Positions 13,092-28,526 of a DNA stretch of 48,350 bases are shown here, one piece after another. This DNA comes from Ancylonema sp. (Eukaryota). The notes under the pieces are model-generated. The model was not told where the DNA came from, made no database searches, and saw only the letters and a list, made by a program, of their open reading frames with translations. The position numbers and the translations under genes are program-made. Numbering within the stretch: position 1 is the first letter of the stretch; each line of letters begins with the position of its first letter. The stretch spans positions 1 through 48,350 of the forward strand of contig JBFLGF010000168.1 of the NCBI GenBank assembly GCA_050230475.1, in the 5' to 3' direction.

Positions 13092-14028
13092 TGTCATCGC
13101 ATAGGCGCGTGTGAGATGTCGTTGGGCTGTATTTCATTTTCTTAAAAAGCTGTTGTCATGTTGCTTCATGTACACAGTAACACCTCGATCTTTTATTGCT
13201 TTGGAATATGAGTCAGTCAAACACCAATTCTCAATGTGTCTTTGATTGTTATGTGTATCGGAATGCACAAATGGAGAAACAATGTGAGCAGTTGTCTCGC
13301 ATCTTCCTGTATGTTCCAAGCATTGTAGTGACTTTAGACGTATGTCTTAGTTTGAGCTGATTCTATTCATGATCATACCCGCGTATACATGCATATATCC
13401 ATGTGTACATCAAAGCACTCACAATTTTGGTGTGTGTATGAGTAAGCACTTACTTTCATAGTGACAAGAATTGCTAGGTTTGTAGACAAGCTAGACTAGT
13501 GCATTTGAGAAACGCGTGGCGAAGGGCCAGGCTGCATATCGACCGCGTGGGTGACGCATGATGGCAAGTGGAGTGGAGGACTCTCTGACCTCGTCCGCCT
13601 GTGAGAAATTATAAAAACTGTGCTAGACCTGCATCACAAAGCTTTGCTCACTACAATTATTACATGGAGTGTGAGCCGCGAAATCGCAGATGAAATCGAA
13701 TGAAAATGAATCAAAAGATCCATTCACCATCATAGGATTTGTTTTTCGACTCCAACTGCAATACAAAATCAAATTTGTGCGGAGCATTGGCCGAAGCCTA
13801 GATTATGCTTACACCACCACAAGCTTCCACGTTTTCATTCACAAAAACAATTTTTTGTATATTCGTCAATTCACCGACCGATTTGTACCAACTCATTTTC
13901 AAAATTGTCTTGTCTCAATGTCATTATCAAAGCTCAATAGGTGTACCGTTTACAAAAATAATTCTAGCTATCCTTGCTCACTACAATAGACAGAAATGTT
14001 GAGAATGAGAACATCACAAAGTTACTCC

Positions 14029-15842
14029 CTACCCCTCCATCCACATCGTATCGTCACCGTGTACTACTCTCATCCTGTTTTCTAAAAACACAATTCCGAG
14101 GGTCACCGATTCCCCTCCTTTGAACACCTTTTTTGGTCCTCCACGAGAACTGCCTCCATAGCGGGTGGACTCTAAAGTCACACTCTTTTTCGATGCGACA
14201 GTTAGGTGTGGTATGCAGCTGAAATCATATATAAACAATTGTTGTAGATTTGGCATCGACAAAACAAGTGTTTGCATACTTATGTCACTGATCCAAACCT
14301 TATGAACATGAGGGTGTATGAGGTCTACTTCCGTTTCATAGTCATGTCAAACTTGAAATGCTGAGAGCCTCCAACAAGGGAAACGAGTGAAGAAGTGCAG
14401 GGAGCTCAGCTACAAATTCGTGATACCGAATGCAAAGCTCCTTAAGGTTGGGACAATTCGCCTCCAAATTTGGCAAAAGCATACCATCCAGTTCACAATC
14501 TAAATGAAGAGTCGTCAATTGGGGACAAGTGAGCCGAAAACCGGATCTCAGCAAAGTTGATATTGTCATTTCCTCCAAAGTCTCATGACAGAGGTGAACC
14601 GCTAGAGGTAGCTCTAGAGATTCATCCCCAGCGGAAAACATGTCGACCCTCAAACACTTGAGTTTGGGACACATAGAGTCGAGGTGCTCCAAAAATCCTT
14701 CAATCATGATGGACCCCACGAGGTTCAACTTTACCAATGATGGACAGCGCAGTGAAAGAATTGCCGGGTAAACATCGTCCTGGTCATGGTACACATAGAG
14801 TGTACTCAACCTTTTGTGTTGCACATCCACAATTTCCATAACGATGTCGGTTCGTAGGTCGAGGGTATCTAGGAGTGGCCATTCGTCGAATGCGTGGCAT
14901 AAACTACCTGTATACCTGTGTATCTTCAGCCAATGAAGAGACTTGAAGTGTGTCAAGCTATTCAACCTGTCTTCACCCCCACAATCGAACTCGAGCCTCT
15001 CGATGAGGGGAGTATGGGTAGCCATGTACTCGAAGACAGCCGGGACACTATACACATGTGTCAAAAAAAGTGTAGTGAGGAGAGGGCAGAAAAGGAGTGT
15101 GGTGGGAGCGACTTCAGGAAGTTCTGGGGCTTCGAAAACATATTAGTCGTGGGGAAGCGTGGAGAAGAGGGTGAGGTTTGGGCAATGGATGGTGAGATCA
15201 CGGGGTAAACAACACTCGATTTCGAGACTCTCCAACTTCGGGTGGCTGATTTGAATATGATGGCCACCATGAAGCTCACCATCGATTTTGATAGACTCAT
15301 GCTCAGGGCTGTTGGACAAGATAAGGGAGAATGTGGCGGTGTCTGCACTGTTCCTTGGTAAGCATAGCCTCCGAAGGTTTGGTCTCTCCTCCCCTGCCAC
15401 CGACATTATACGGCGCATATCTAAATCACGTGAGAATGTCACCTTCTGCGGAAAATGCAAGACTCTCAGAAGGATCTCATCCCTTGATCTGCCCCGGATC
15501 CTTCCACCCCTGCCTCTCCAATCATACTTTTTACGCACTTCTACCTCTTTCCAGAGGACGCTGGTCTTCCATCACCATCTTCTCCCACGGCCTACACACT
15601 GTCATGACCTCGAACAGCTCGGTCTGAGGGAGGTATGAAAACACTTGGAGGAGCAGATCGGGATCGAAAGTCTTCATATCTCTGTCAGTACCTTCAGCTC
15701 TGGTACCTTCCCATGGTAGCACCTGGACCTGATGTGATTTCGAAAGCACCCCGTGCTGCACTTCTGCTATTTCCGCTGTGCTTTCACACACCTTGTCATC
15801 CGTTGCAAGCATCACCTGCTTGAGTTTCTGGCCCTTTTGCAT
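14029..15842 (-). pseudogene. Intronless F-box/LRR protein pseudogene
   Basis: F-box motif DPDLLLQVFSYLPQTELFEVMTVCRPW...LWKEV, then repeated CPxLxxL-type LRR units (HPKLESL, CPNLTLF, CPSLVKL, CPKLKCL, CPQLTTL, CPNLKEL, MPNLQQL). Lesions: frameshift near 15555-15560, in-frame TAA at 15145-15143, second frameshift near 14347. Confidence 0.82.
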
Positions 15843-16373
15843 GGTCCCTTGGAGTGAGACCAGACAAAATGGAGAAACGAGTGTGTGTAGCACTAGTGTC
15901 ACACGACAACACGGTTCAGACCTGAGGTAGGAAAACAGATTCATCAGTGAAGAGATGTATGAAGCAGCGACGTATGGTTGATGAGCCACATGCGATGTGA
16001 TTGACGTAATGAGGGAGGCGAAACCACTGCATGCAGTAACTGAAGTTGCATGACCAGATGCTAGTGACGTATGTATACTTACTGTCAGATATGCACAAAA
16101 TCTCGTAGTCAGGAATTTGAAAATCTGTAAAATACCTACACAATGTCAACTACCGTGCCACCATATTCTACTCCTTTGTGCCAGACTTACGCACATCTTG
16201 AAGCGTGAGAAATATGTATATGATGTCTACGATTGAGTTAAAATACATCACTGGCATTTGAGAACTTTGTCATCCGATACGATGGAACTGATAGGGACCA
16301 AACTTTAAAGATTTAAAGTTTTGGCACACAGCGAGATGGCCTTCGCTTACTTCTCAAGTTTGCGTCTGCAGCT

Positions 16374-16477
16374 TGGCGTGTACCACACCGCCTCTCATTC
16401 AACCAAGATTGTCACACGTCTCTCCATTGGCGTGTACCACGCTGCCTCTCGTTAACAAAAAAATCACACGTCTGTCC
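16374..16477. repeat. Two-copy tandem duplication, ~53-bp unit
   Basis: TTGGCGTGTACCAC..GCCTCTC..TCACACGTCT occurs twice in tandem. Confidence 0.8.
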
Positions 16478-16856
16478 CTCTGAATCTATATGTGCGCACT
16501 GCTGTGCAGCATGGTGCGACTAACCAGCAAGCGCTCAAAGATCATGCTTTCCCAACAATCTGTAAACTGAGACCACGTCGCGTGATGGATGCAGCTGAGA
16601 GCTGAGCGCGTTCAGCAAATCAATGACATCGGTTGCACGTCTACCCGTTACCCGGACCCTCGTATTCTTCTTCCATCCGCAGTGGTGGGCCGGGCTGTGG
16701 ATAGAACTCTTGACGGCGGCTGGCGCGGGCTGAGCGATGGTCGATGTGCCAAAAAAACGCTCCGGTTCCAGGCGCAAATACTTGGAACTCCTCTTGTGCC
16801 ACTTGTCGATTATAAAGTGACACCGATTGGACAACGGGAATAGAGATTTCTGCAAT

Positions 16857-16894
16857 GCGCACTGGATCTCTGGGAAGGAAGAGATCCAGTGCGC
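16857..16894. repeat. Perfect inverted repeat (15-bp stem, 8-nt loop) ~140 bp upstream of the FAHD1 ATG
   Basis: GCGCACTGGATCTCT-GGGAAGGA-AGAGATCCAGTGCGC. Confidence 0.9.
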
Positions 16895-17036
16895 GAGTCA
16901 AGCTTTTCGAAGCTTCAAATTCAAAGCTTGGCAGGTTGATGAAGGAGAAACAGTGCTGTAGGCAATTGCGAAATGCGCGGACCGATCAACGCCAACTCGC
17001 AGATGGCCAATCGCATCTGATCGGCGCCTCAGGAAT

Positions 17037-19387
17037 ATGACAGCCTCTCGGCTTCTAGGTCTCGGGTCGACGATTATTGCCATCGGGCGCAACTCTGCGG
17101 CACATGCACAGGAGCTGGGCAATGCCGTTCCAGAGGTACGGGATTGTTGGTGCTATGGAGTATGGAGTATGGATGTAGTATGGTAATACGAATATTCGTA
17201 ATCAAGGACACAGATGAATGTGGGGCCACTTTTACTATCTCTCCTGTGCAGGAAAAGAAAGTCACTCCTGGTTGAGAAATGCGCATTGCGTATTTGAGAA
17301 ATGTAGACGCACCACATTGCATTTAATAGCTGGTAGTAAGCGTGTGGCAAAAAAGAACCAGTCTCCTCCAGATACACGATAAAAATATGCCACTGCACCA
17401 CCTCACCTGGCATATCAACCGTGTTATACCGACCGACTGGCAAGTATTTGAACTTCCAAGATTTTGACTTTTGCCACACACGGGGACTGACTAGCGCCAA
17501 TTGCGCCTTTCAGACGCCCTTCTTCTTCCTCAAGCCCACCTCCTCCTACGTGTTCCAAGGAGGGTCGATTGAGATCCCGTCCCCCCTCACTAGCGTGCAT
17601 TACGAGGTGGAGCTAGGGGTGGTGATAGGGAAGGAGGGGAGGGATATTTCGGAGGCAAACGCATTCGATTACGTGTCAGGTCCGGCTCTCTTGTTGGATT
17701 GACGGGAGTTAATCCACATGTGAACGGAACACATAGTATCATTATTACATTATATGGTAATTTGTGTTTGTGAAAGCATGGAGAGACACATGATTGCGCA
17801 TGCTTGTTCGCCATTTTCACGCACATATCTTGTGTGCATATACTTTCACGTTTGTGTTCGTGTGTCTGTACATTCTTGAGCCATGCATACACAACTCCAA
17901 AAAAAGTACTTGCATACTTACATACACAAAACACACAAGATCACACACACGAAACCAGTACATCATCATCATCATCATTCATGGACAAAGACACAAATAC
18001 CCACATCTATACTTCCACATACTCACACATGTACGTATCATCCACGTATCCACATTCATCCGATTCTATTCCCATCGAGATACCCTTCAGGTTATGCGGT
18101 TGCTCTTGATATGACGGCCCGTGATCTTCAACAGTCAGCAAAAGAGAGTGGTCTCCCTTGGACCATCTCTAAAGGATACGACACCTTCACTCCGGTGGGG
18201 GAGACGGTTAGTATGGGATGCGATGGGATGGGATGGGATGGGATAGGGATCTCCATCCTTCATCCCTCAAGTAAAATGTACCCGAGGAGGAAATGTCGAG
18301 TCCCGAATTCAAATTTATGTGCTCGAAAAAATCAACAAGCGATTTCTAGTCTAGGATGTGGATGAAAGAGCTCACACTCTTGACCGTTTCTGGTGTGCAC
18401 ACATCAAGGTCGACAATAAGTGCGACATCTTTGGGGTCGAAAATTGACGTGTTTTTTCGATGATCATCCCCTAGATTCCTAGCGCTGATGTGGACGACCC
18501 TAAAGGTTTGGATCTTTGGCTCAAGGTATGCTAACTTTTTTTTCGCTCACATCAAAGGCAAGGAATCACAATGACTTGATGAGAGACATTCGACTCTTGC
18601 ACTCTACACCAACACATCTTCCATAGACATGGACAAGAGAGTGTCCCATGTCTACACGTCGCGTATTGTGCCTATAAAGTAGGAGTCAATGACACGTTTG
18701 GTTCTTGAAATCATGGAATCATCTCACAAGACATAAAGGCTTGTCACAGGTGGATGGGGTGTTGAAACAAGAGGGCAACACGCGAGACATGATGAATGAC
18801 ATTCCATCGCTCATTAGCTTCGTTAGTTGCATCATGACGCTTCAACAAGGAGACCTCATCCTCACAGGTACATCACTATTCCTATGCCATGCATGACATG
18901 AGCATGCATCATCACGACATAATTCTGATACTGTTGTGATGTCATCATGACATCATTGTAATATGTGACATGACATGACCCATAAGATTCGATTTGTGTC
19001 CACATTCGTGCATCTAGAAACGAATGAATATTTTGTGTGTTGATCATTCAAATCAAAGTCGTGAATTGTGCTCAAATTTAATAATATTGCTTACATAGAT
19101 ACGGGTTTGTTGCTTACAATGAGAGCAAACATACTTTCGCAGTATTATGCAAGAGTGTACAATGTAAACTCTTTGCATGAGTGATGTTCTGCTAAGACCT
19201 CGATAGTTAAAAAATGCGACGTTGTTGCCTCATACGTGATTTGTATGTTTTTCGCTTCCATTGTATAGGCACACCTCCCGGTGTGGGCCCGGTGAAGTCG
19301 GGTCAAACGTTGACCGCCGGAATCAAAGGATTGCCGCAACTTGACATTTCGTTTCCGGTCATTACACGGCCGCCCTCGACGAAATGA
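17037..19387 (+). CDS. FAHD1: Fumarylacetoacetate hydrolase domain-containing protein (acylpyruvase/oxaloacetate decarboxylase type), 222 aa; exons 17037-17135, 17514-17679, 18091-18206, 18475-18525, 18750-18867, 19269-19387
   Basis: IIAIGRNSAAHAQELGNAVP|..FFLKPTSSY..HYEVELGVVIGK..|GYAVALDMTARDLQ..GLPWTISKGYDTFTP|..LWLK|VDG..GDLILT|GTPPGVGPV. Metal-ligand motifs ExE and D are intact. GT-AG junctions are in phase. Confidence 0.95.
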
Positions 19388-20248
19388 GAAGACATTTAGT
19401 ACTCAATAGGTCGGTTGGTCGTGTGGTCAGCTAATTTTTTGATTCAAGTATTTTCTCTAGCTATTGCACATGTAGTTGCAAGGATCCGCGCGGACCAGCA
19501 GACTGGTCAAACCTTCGAACCACGGTCTTACTATACATTCCAATGTGAGTCTACTTGTACATCCAGATTTAAGGATTATTAAGGATTCGGAGATTTAAGG
19601 ATTTATGGTGCTATAAAAGTACATTTCCGCACATGTCATGTGTATACGTATTTGATCTAATTATCATATTCGATTTAAGAGTATCTTAGCGTAGCGATAC
19701 GATACAGGTAGCGATACAGGTGCATCGACCATGATTTCGAAGTTCGGACTCCAAACCCAACCCCAAATACAATGGATTTTAATTGGACTCTAGAAAGATA
19801 CATTTTACTGTATCTCCGAAAGTATTCAATCTGCAAAAACTGCAACGTTCTAGAGTGCAGTCTCATATCCAGTTTAAAGCAATATGTACAATTTTGATTG
19901 CATATGAGTACGATATGATGACCGATCTATGTTGCAAATTGTCACTTGCCCAATCGCGACCCCTCCAATTTATAAAATTCCTTATACCGAGTTCCGAGTA
20001 CCGACTCAGGTATAGCATATAGCATTTCAAGATTTGGACATGAGATTGGATTACTGCCCAAAATCTCCTAGCAAGTATGAGTTTTTCTAAAATCTCCTAA
20101 GCATGTGAGTTAAGTGCAAATTATAGATGGTAGGAAGCATATGGTACGGGCTTTATGGTTATGAAGAAGACCAAGACTTTCATGTTGTGAGTGTAATTTG
20201 AGTTTCGAGAAGGCGCTTGTCCTTTATTGAAAGCGTTGTAAGCGTAGC

Positions 20249-20819
20249 CAGCATTGTGCGCAACCCCATTTGGCGTGGGGTTGGGGGTTGGGGCACCGTT
20301 CCCAGTCCCCCAACCATTTTGCGACCCCGCCCAGCCCCCCAACCCGGGTTTGGGGTTGGACCACCCGGCCCGGGTTGGCCCCCCCAAACCCGGGTTGGGC
20401 AGGTTGGGAAGGGTTGGGAAATGGATAAAATTCATGATATTTTTCTCCTCGGATTGTGAAATCGAACACCCGGATTGAAAATTCAACTCCAGTTCACACG
20501 TGTCAAATTTGTCACACGTGTCGCACGTGAAGGATCATCATTGGATAATGATTATCACTTTAAAAAATCAACAGTAGTATTTTTCGTTTGCCAATATTTA
20601 TGTCAAATTTTTACTACCTTGGGTCACATTGACTGAATTGGGCTGAGTAGAGCGGTTGGGTCCCTCCAACCCGGGCTGGCTGTGTTCTCATTGGTCTACC
20701 CGGGTTGGGGGTCGGGATGGGGTTGGTCTGCTCCAACCCGGGTTGGACCCCCCCCAATCCGGGTTTCATGCCCTTTTTGGAAAGTCTGGGAAACGGGTTG
20801 GGGGTTGCGCACAATGCCG
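20249..20819. mobile_element. Intact non-autonomous hAT-superfamily MITE (571 bp)
   Basis: 19-bp TIRs CAGCATTGTGCGCAACCCC / GGGGTTGCGCACAATGCCG (1 mismatch). Perfect 8-bp TSD AGCGTAGC at 20241-20248 and 20820-20827. Many AACCCGGGTT/CCAACCC subterminal motifs at both ends, AT-rich centre, no transposase. Confidence 0.92.
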
Positions 20820-21986
20820 AGCGTAGCACCATGTCTGCATGCACAGCGGGGGCTTTGTTCATACTCTTTAACACCATCCTACAAGTCAAAGAAATCCTTG
20901 TAGCCTCTCTCCTCACATCCATATGTTCAATTTTTTCACTAAAATTGTTGCCACCACTTTTGCCCACCATCTCCCTCCGATGTTGAAGAACACTCCAATT
21001 TAACACCTGGAAACACACAAGCAACACCTTCCACGGAGTCCATTGTTAGGCTCTTATTAGATGAGTCATGCAACAGTCCCTTACCTTGGAGTCAAGATGA
21101 TCTACCGACTTCTCTTCAATCCCATGCAAGTAATCTGCGAGGTGGTGGGTTGCTTTATGAGGTGGCACGGCCCTCGACCAATTCGAGGGCATGTCCATGT
21201 TCATGTTCATGTTCATGTTAAAAACATGAAGAGTGCTACATTCCCACATTCCTTCACAAAGTGTGTGCGGGTTAGAATGTCGGTCTTGGCCTAGCCTTGG
21301 ATGTATGACTTGTAGGCACACGAATGTGGTAGCTTGTCGTAGTTAATGTCTTCTCGACACGGGTGGATGCGGTGGCATCTCCAGATGTAGCCTTTGACTT
21401 TGACTAACAATAAACGTGATTTATGCCGTACCTTGGCCTCGGTTCTAGGCTCTAGCTTTAGCGCAAGCTCAAGATCCAATTGCAGCTGTATCTCTCACTT
21501 CAACTATGGTGTTGTTTGCGGCCTTGATTATGGCATTATCTCATGCTCTAGCTTTGGACCTCGTCATGCTTTGTTTCAAGCTCCAGCTTTGGCATTGTCA
21601 TAGACTCTAAATTTCTACGAAAGGCGCAGCTTGTACAAGAAACATATTGCAATATCACACACAAGGTGGTGCTTGTTGAAAGATCATTTCCCGTAACTTG
21701 TCTAATGAATGCACAATGAAAACACAACACTTGACACACGCTTGACACCAAGGTAGAAGTACATAATTTCAATCATAATATCCTACCATAAAATATTGGA
21801 GCAAGAGCAACATATTATTTGTACAATTTGTGTTACACTAATAAATCGATATGTAGCTTACTTATGCGCGACCACAATAGTCTCTCGAACAACCGCGTGA
21901 GCTAAAAATGTGATCCTACACTCGAACCAAACTAATTTACCCATATTCCTAGTTTAAATTTTACCAAAGCCTACATACACCGATGC

Positions 21987-25503
<3,517 letters not shown>

Positions 25504-26287
25504 GTTGTGGGTATGGTGCGTACACACTTCGACCTGCAATGTGACTTAAAAGTTTCCGTGCAATGGAGGAAAGTTATCAAACTTCTATGTCTACTTCGTA
25601 ACGGGCATTAGCGAGTCGGTATAATTGTACAGGAGTGTCGCTGGGGACGGAGATGATAACGAGTCTTGGGAGATGAACCTAGTGGGAATGCCACGTCGAC
25701 ATTCCTCGTGCGAACAACATGTTTCATGTGGTCTGGGAACAACACGTGGCATTCCACGCGAGTTGTCAGTGAGCCACCTGGCGGCAAACAGAATTGTTTG
25801 CCTCACTCACGCAGCCGCAACTTCGAGTTAACCGACGGGAGGCGCTTCTTTCATCACCAACCCCCTACGACCAACCATCCTAAAATGAATGGGGAATAAA
25901 GAAAGGTAGAAATAAGAAACATATTTTGTGAGAATTTTACAACCACTTTCCACAGTTACGATATCTAGATAGATAACCCATGAATTTGTTCGAGTTTGTT
26001 TGAATTTGATGAATTTCCTTGTTACGAAAAGCATGTAAGAAAAGAGGCGCTATGAGGATCGCACCAGTGGGACGAAGTTTGTGCCGTTTGCACTAGAGAC
26101 GTATGGGGCATTGTCTGCCAGGTCGGATCGTCTTTTAGTCGACTGTGCATCTTTAGCTTCTAGAGGATATGTTGGGTCGGGTCCATCAACTGGATGTTGT
26201 GTACATGGTTTCGACAGAGGGTGTCTATTGCACTACAGCTATCGTTAGCTCATTCCATTCATGCTAGATTCTTGCGTCTTGAGGAGT

Positions 26288-27412
26288 CTATGGCTTTGTT
26301 ACCTCCCCCGCCGTCGCGTGCTCCGCTTTTTTCTTCGGAGTTACACGTTGCCACTAGTCTTAGCTAGTGCATTTAGCTCGGTTTTTGGTGTAGTTAATTT
26401 TCTATAGGCACCTTTTTTTGTAATTCGATGGAGCCCCCATCATATTTTCTAATTTGCCGAATAGTGTATTTTGACGAATCTATGATCGCGAAAACTTTTT
26501 CTAATTTAAGAATTTCAAAAGTATTTCGAACACAACTTGTGTTGTCCTCGACACAAATGGCCGAATTTTGTGTGGGCAAACACAAGAAGTGTTCGAGAAA
26601 TGTGCAACGTGTTTGAACAACGAAGAACTCCTACTCGTGTTACTAGGTGACGTGCCGTGCCGTGCATAGGTGGAAGAAGTGTTCGTGATCATAAAAAAAC
26701 TCTAGTTTTTGAACACAAACACTTTGTACGACCAAAGTGTTTCCGCCTTTGCCCGAACACTGTGAGGGCGTTAACCGCGGTTTCCGACCGCAAAGTGTCT
26801 GGGCGAGCTGTTTACCATAGAATATGCTCTAAGATGCAAGAATTTGTGATTACAGCAGAACTTGTCACTGTTTATAAAGTTTACCTGGAGGATTTTATAG
26901 AAAGTGGAAGGTCATAAGATGTCAGTCATTTTCCGTACTAATTTTGAAAGTTGGGAAGTGACATGTCTTTCAGGGTGAGCTTTGGTGAACACATGGGAAT
27001 ATGCATGTACATGCGGGTATGACCATGAATAAATTCAGCCCAAGATAACAGTCATGTTTGTAGCCATTACAATGATTGAAACATATATGCCGATGTGATA
27101 CAACTACTCACATTGGTTCTCCATATGTGCATTTCGATACACATGACAATCAAAGATAAATTGAGAATCGGTGTTTGGGAGAATCTTATTTTCGATCAAT
27201 AAACGATCGGGGGAGGTGTTGGCGTGTACATCAAGCAACATGACTATGACTTTGTTATCTCCCCCGCCGTCGCGTGCTCCGCTTTCTTCTTCGGAGGTAC
27301 ACGTTGTCACTAGTCTTAGCTAGTGCATTTAGCTGAGTTTTTGGTGTGGTGAATTTTCCGGTAAACACGTTTTTTGTAATGCGATGGAGCCCCCATCACA
27401 TTTCTTAATTTG
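26288..27412. repeat. Pair of 169-bp direct repeats (26288-26456 and 27244-27412) with a ~790-bp spacer
   Basis: Shared blocks CTCCCCCGCCGTCGCGTGCTCCGCTTT, CACTAGTCTTAGCTAGTGCATTTAGCT and CGATGGAGCCCCCATCA; roughly 85-90% identical by eye. Confidence 0.88.
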
Positions 27413-27457
27413 AGTTTCCTATGACTCCTCAACCAAAGAATATACAACCCAACAACT

Positions 27458-27653
27458 GTGCGGCCATGTAGTGTTCATATATTACGACAGTTCAATTTTC
27501 GCATCATAACGAAAATTATAAGATTTAAGTTTTTAAATTCCTTGTAAGATATTAGAAGTGGAGGGGTTTGCTTATAATGCCACAGAAAGTACAGTTTTTC
27601 ATAAGAAGATAGAAATATAAACAATGACAATTATAAAGGGTGACAAGTTCTAC
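27458..27653 (+). repeat. Dispersed repeat copy B (inverted partner of 12896-13091)
   Basis: Aligns with the reverse complement of 12896-13091 (same exact blocks as copy A). Confidence 0.85.
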
Positions 27654-27725
27654 TGTACCTTGAAGCTACACGCTCATAAAAACATTCGGCGCCAAACTCT
27701 TTTTTGGTCGAATGCGCAACGTTAG

Positions 27726-27752
27726 TCTCACACACTGAAACAGTGTGTGAGA
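27726..27752. repeat. Perfect inverted repeat (12-bp stem, 3-nt loop) between the divergent Mpv17 and kinase genes
   Basis: TCTCACACACTG-AAA-CAGTGTGTGAGA. Confidence 0.88.
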
Positions 27753-28526
27753 AGTGAAAAAGACTGGGCAAGTTATGCACACAAATTTGTCAAATGGTGT
27801 CGAAAGCATCGCAAAAGCAACTCACACATGCTACGAGCACATCACTTCTTACTAGCAGGTTGGTTTTTCCCCCAAGAAAAAATAACCAAGACAAAAAATC
27901 TGACCAAGACTTCAGCGTGCATGCGTGTCCGGTTTCCGAGGGGCTCGTCGTGCACGTTGTGAACGACGGCATTTAATGGCCAGCCTATGGGAGGGTTCTT
28001 TCCGCGGGCCACAATAGCAATGATTGCGACTGTTTTCGCAATATCTGTTCATCCGATTTTCCTGGAAGGCCTAGGTCGGTGCCGGTCCATTTGCCATTCC
28101 AATTGGTAGATCAAATTTGGAAAACAAACGCCTCTGACATTTTTGACCAGAACAGAGCTAGTTTGCGATTGGGGCGGCCAATTTATCTCGATCGGATTCC
28201 CACTGGGGATCACGGTCGTCCGGAGCCAGCCACTCTTCCCCATCCACTCCAGCATGTCGTCCTTCCAGGGTCCATCTGCATCCAAAACGCACGCTTTTAG
28301 CACGATCAGCAGTTGCGCACTGGTGCAAACCTCTACTCTTGTTGATTCCGCCTGCCAGCAACAGTAGCTTGCGTGCTGGATGACGCATGCTGATGCTTCC
28401 CGCAGAATGTGGCGCTCTGGCAGCTAGATTGTCCCTGGCAGTTTAGAGTCTCGATACAATCACGAAGGGAGAATTTTGGGCCGCGGTGGAGCTGTAGGGC
28501 CACGTGGTTTGGCAGGGTGTTTCCCA

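Noticed and set aside
15143..15145. Stop-codon reassignment or readthrough at the F-box internal TAA
   Set aside because: TAA, TAG and TGA all terminate intact genes in this window, and the locus also has frameshifts.
20830..21600. Minus-strand fragments faintly resembling TPR or Zn-finger coding sequence
   Set aside because: Many stops and no motif I can identify with confidence.
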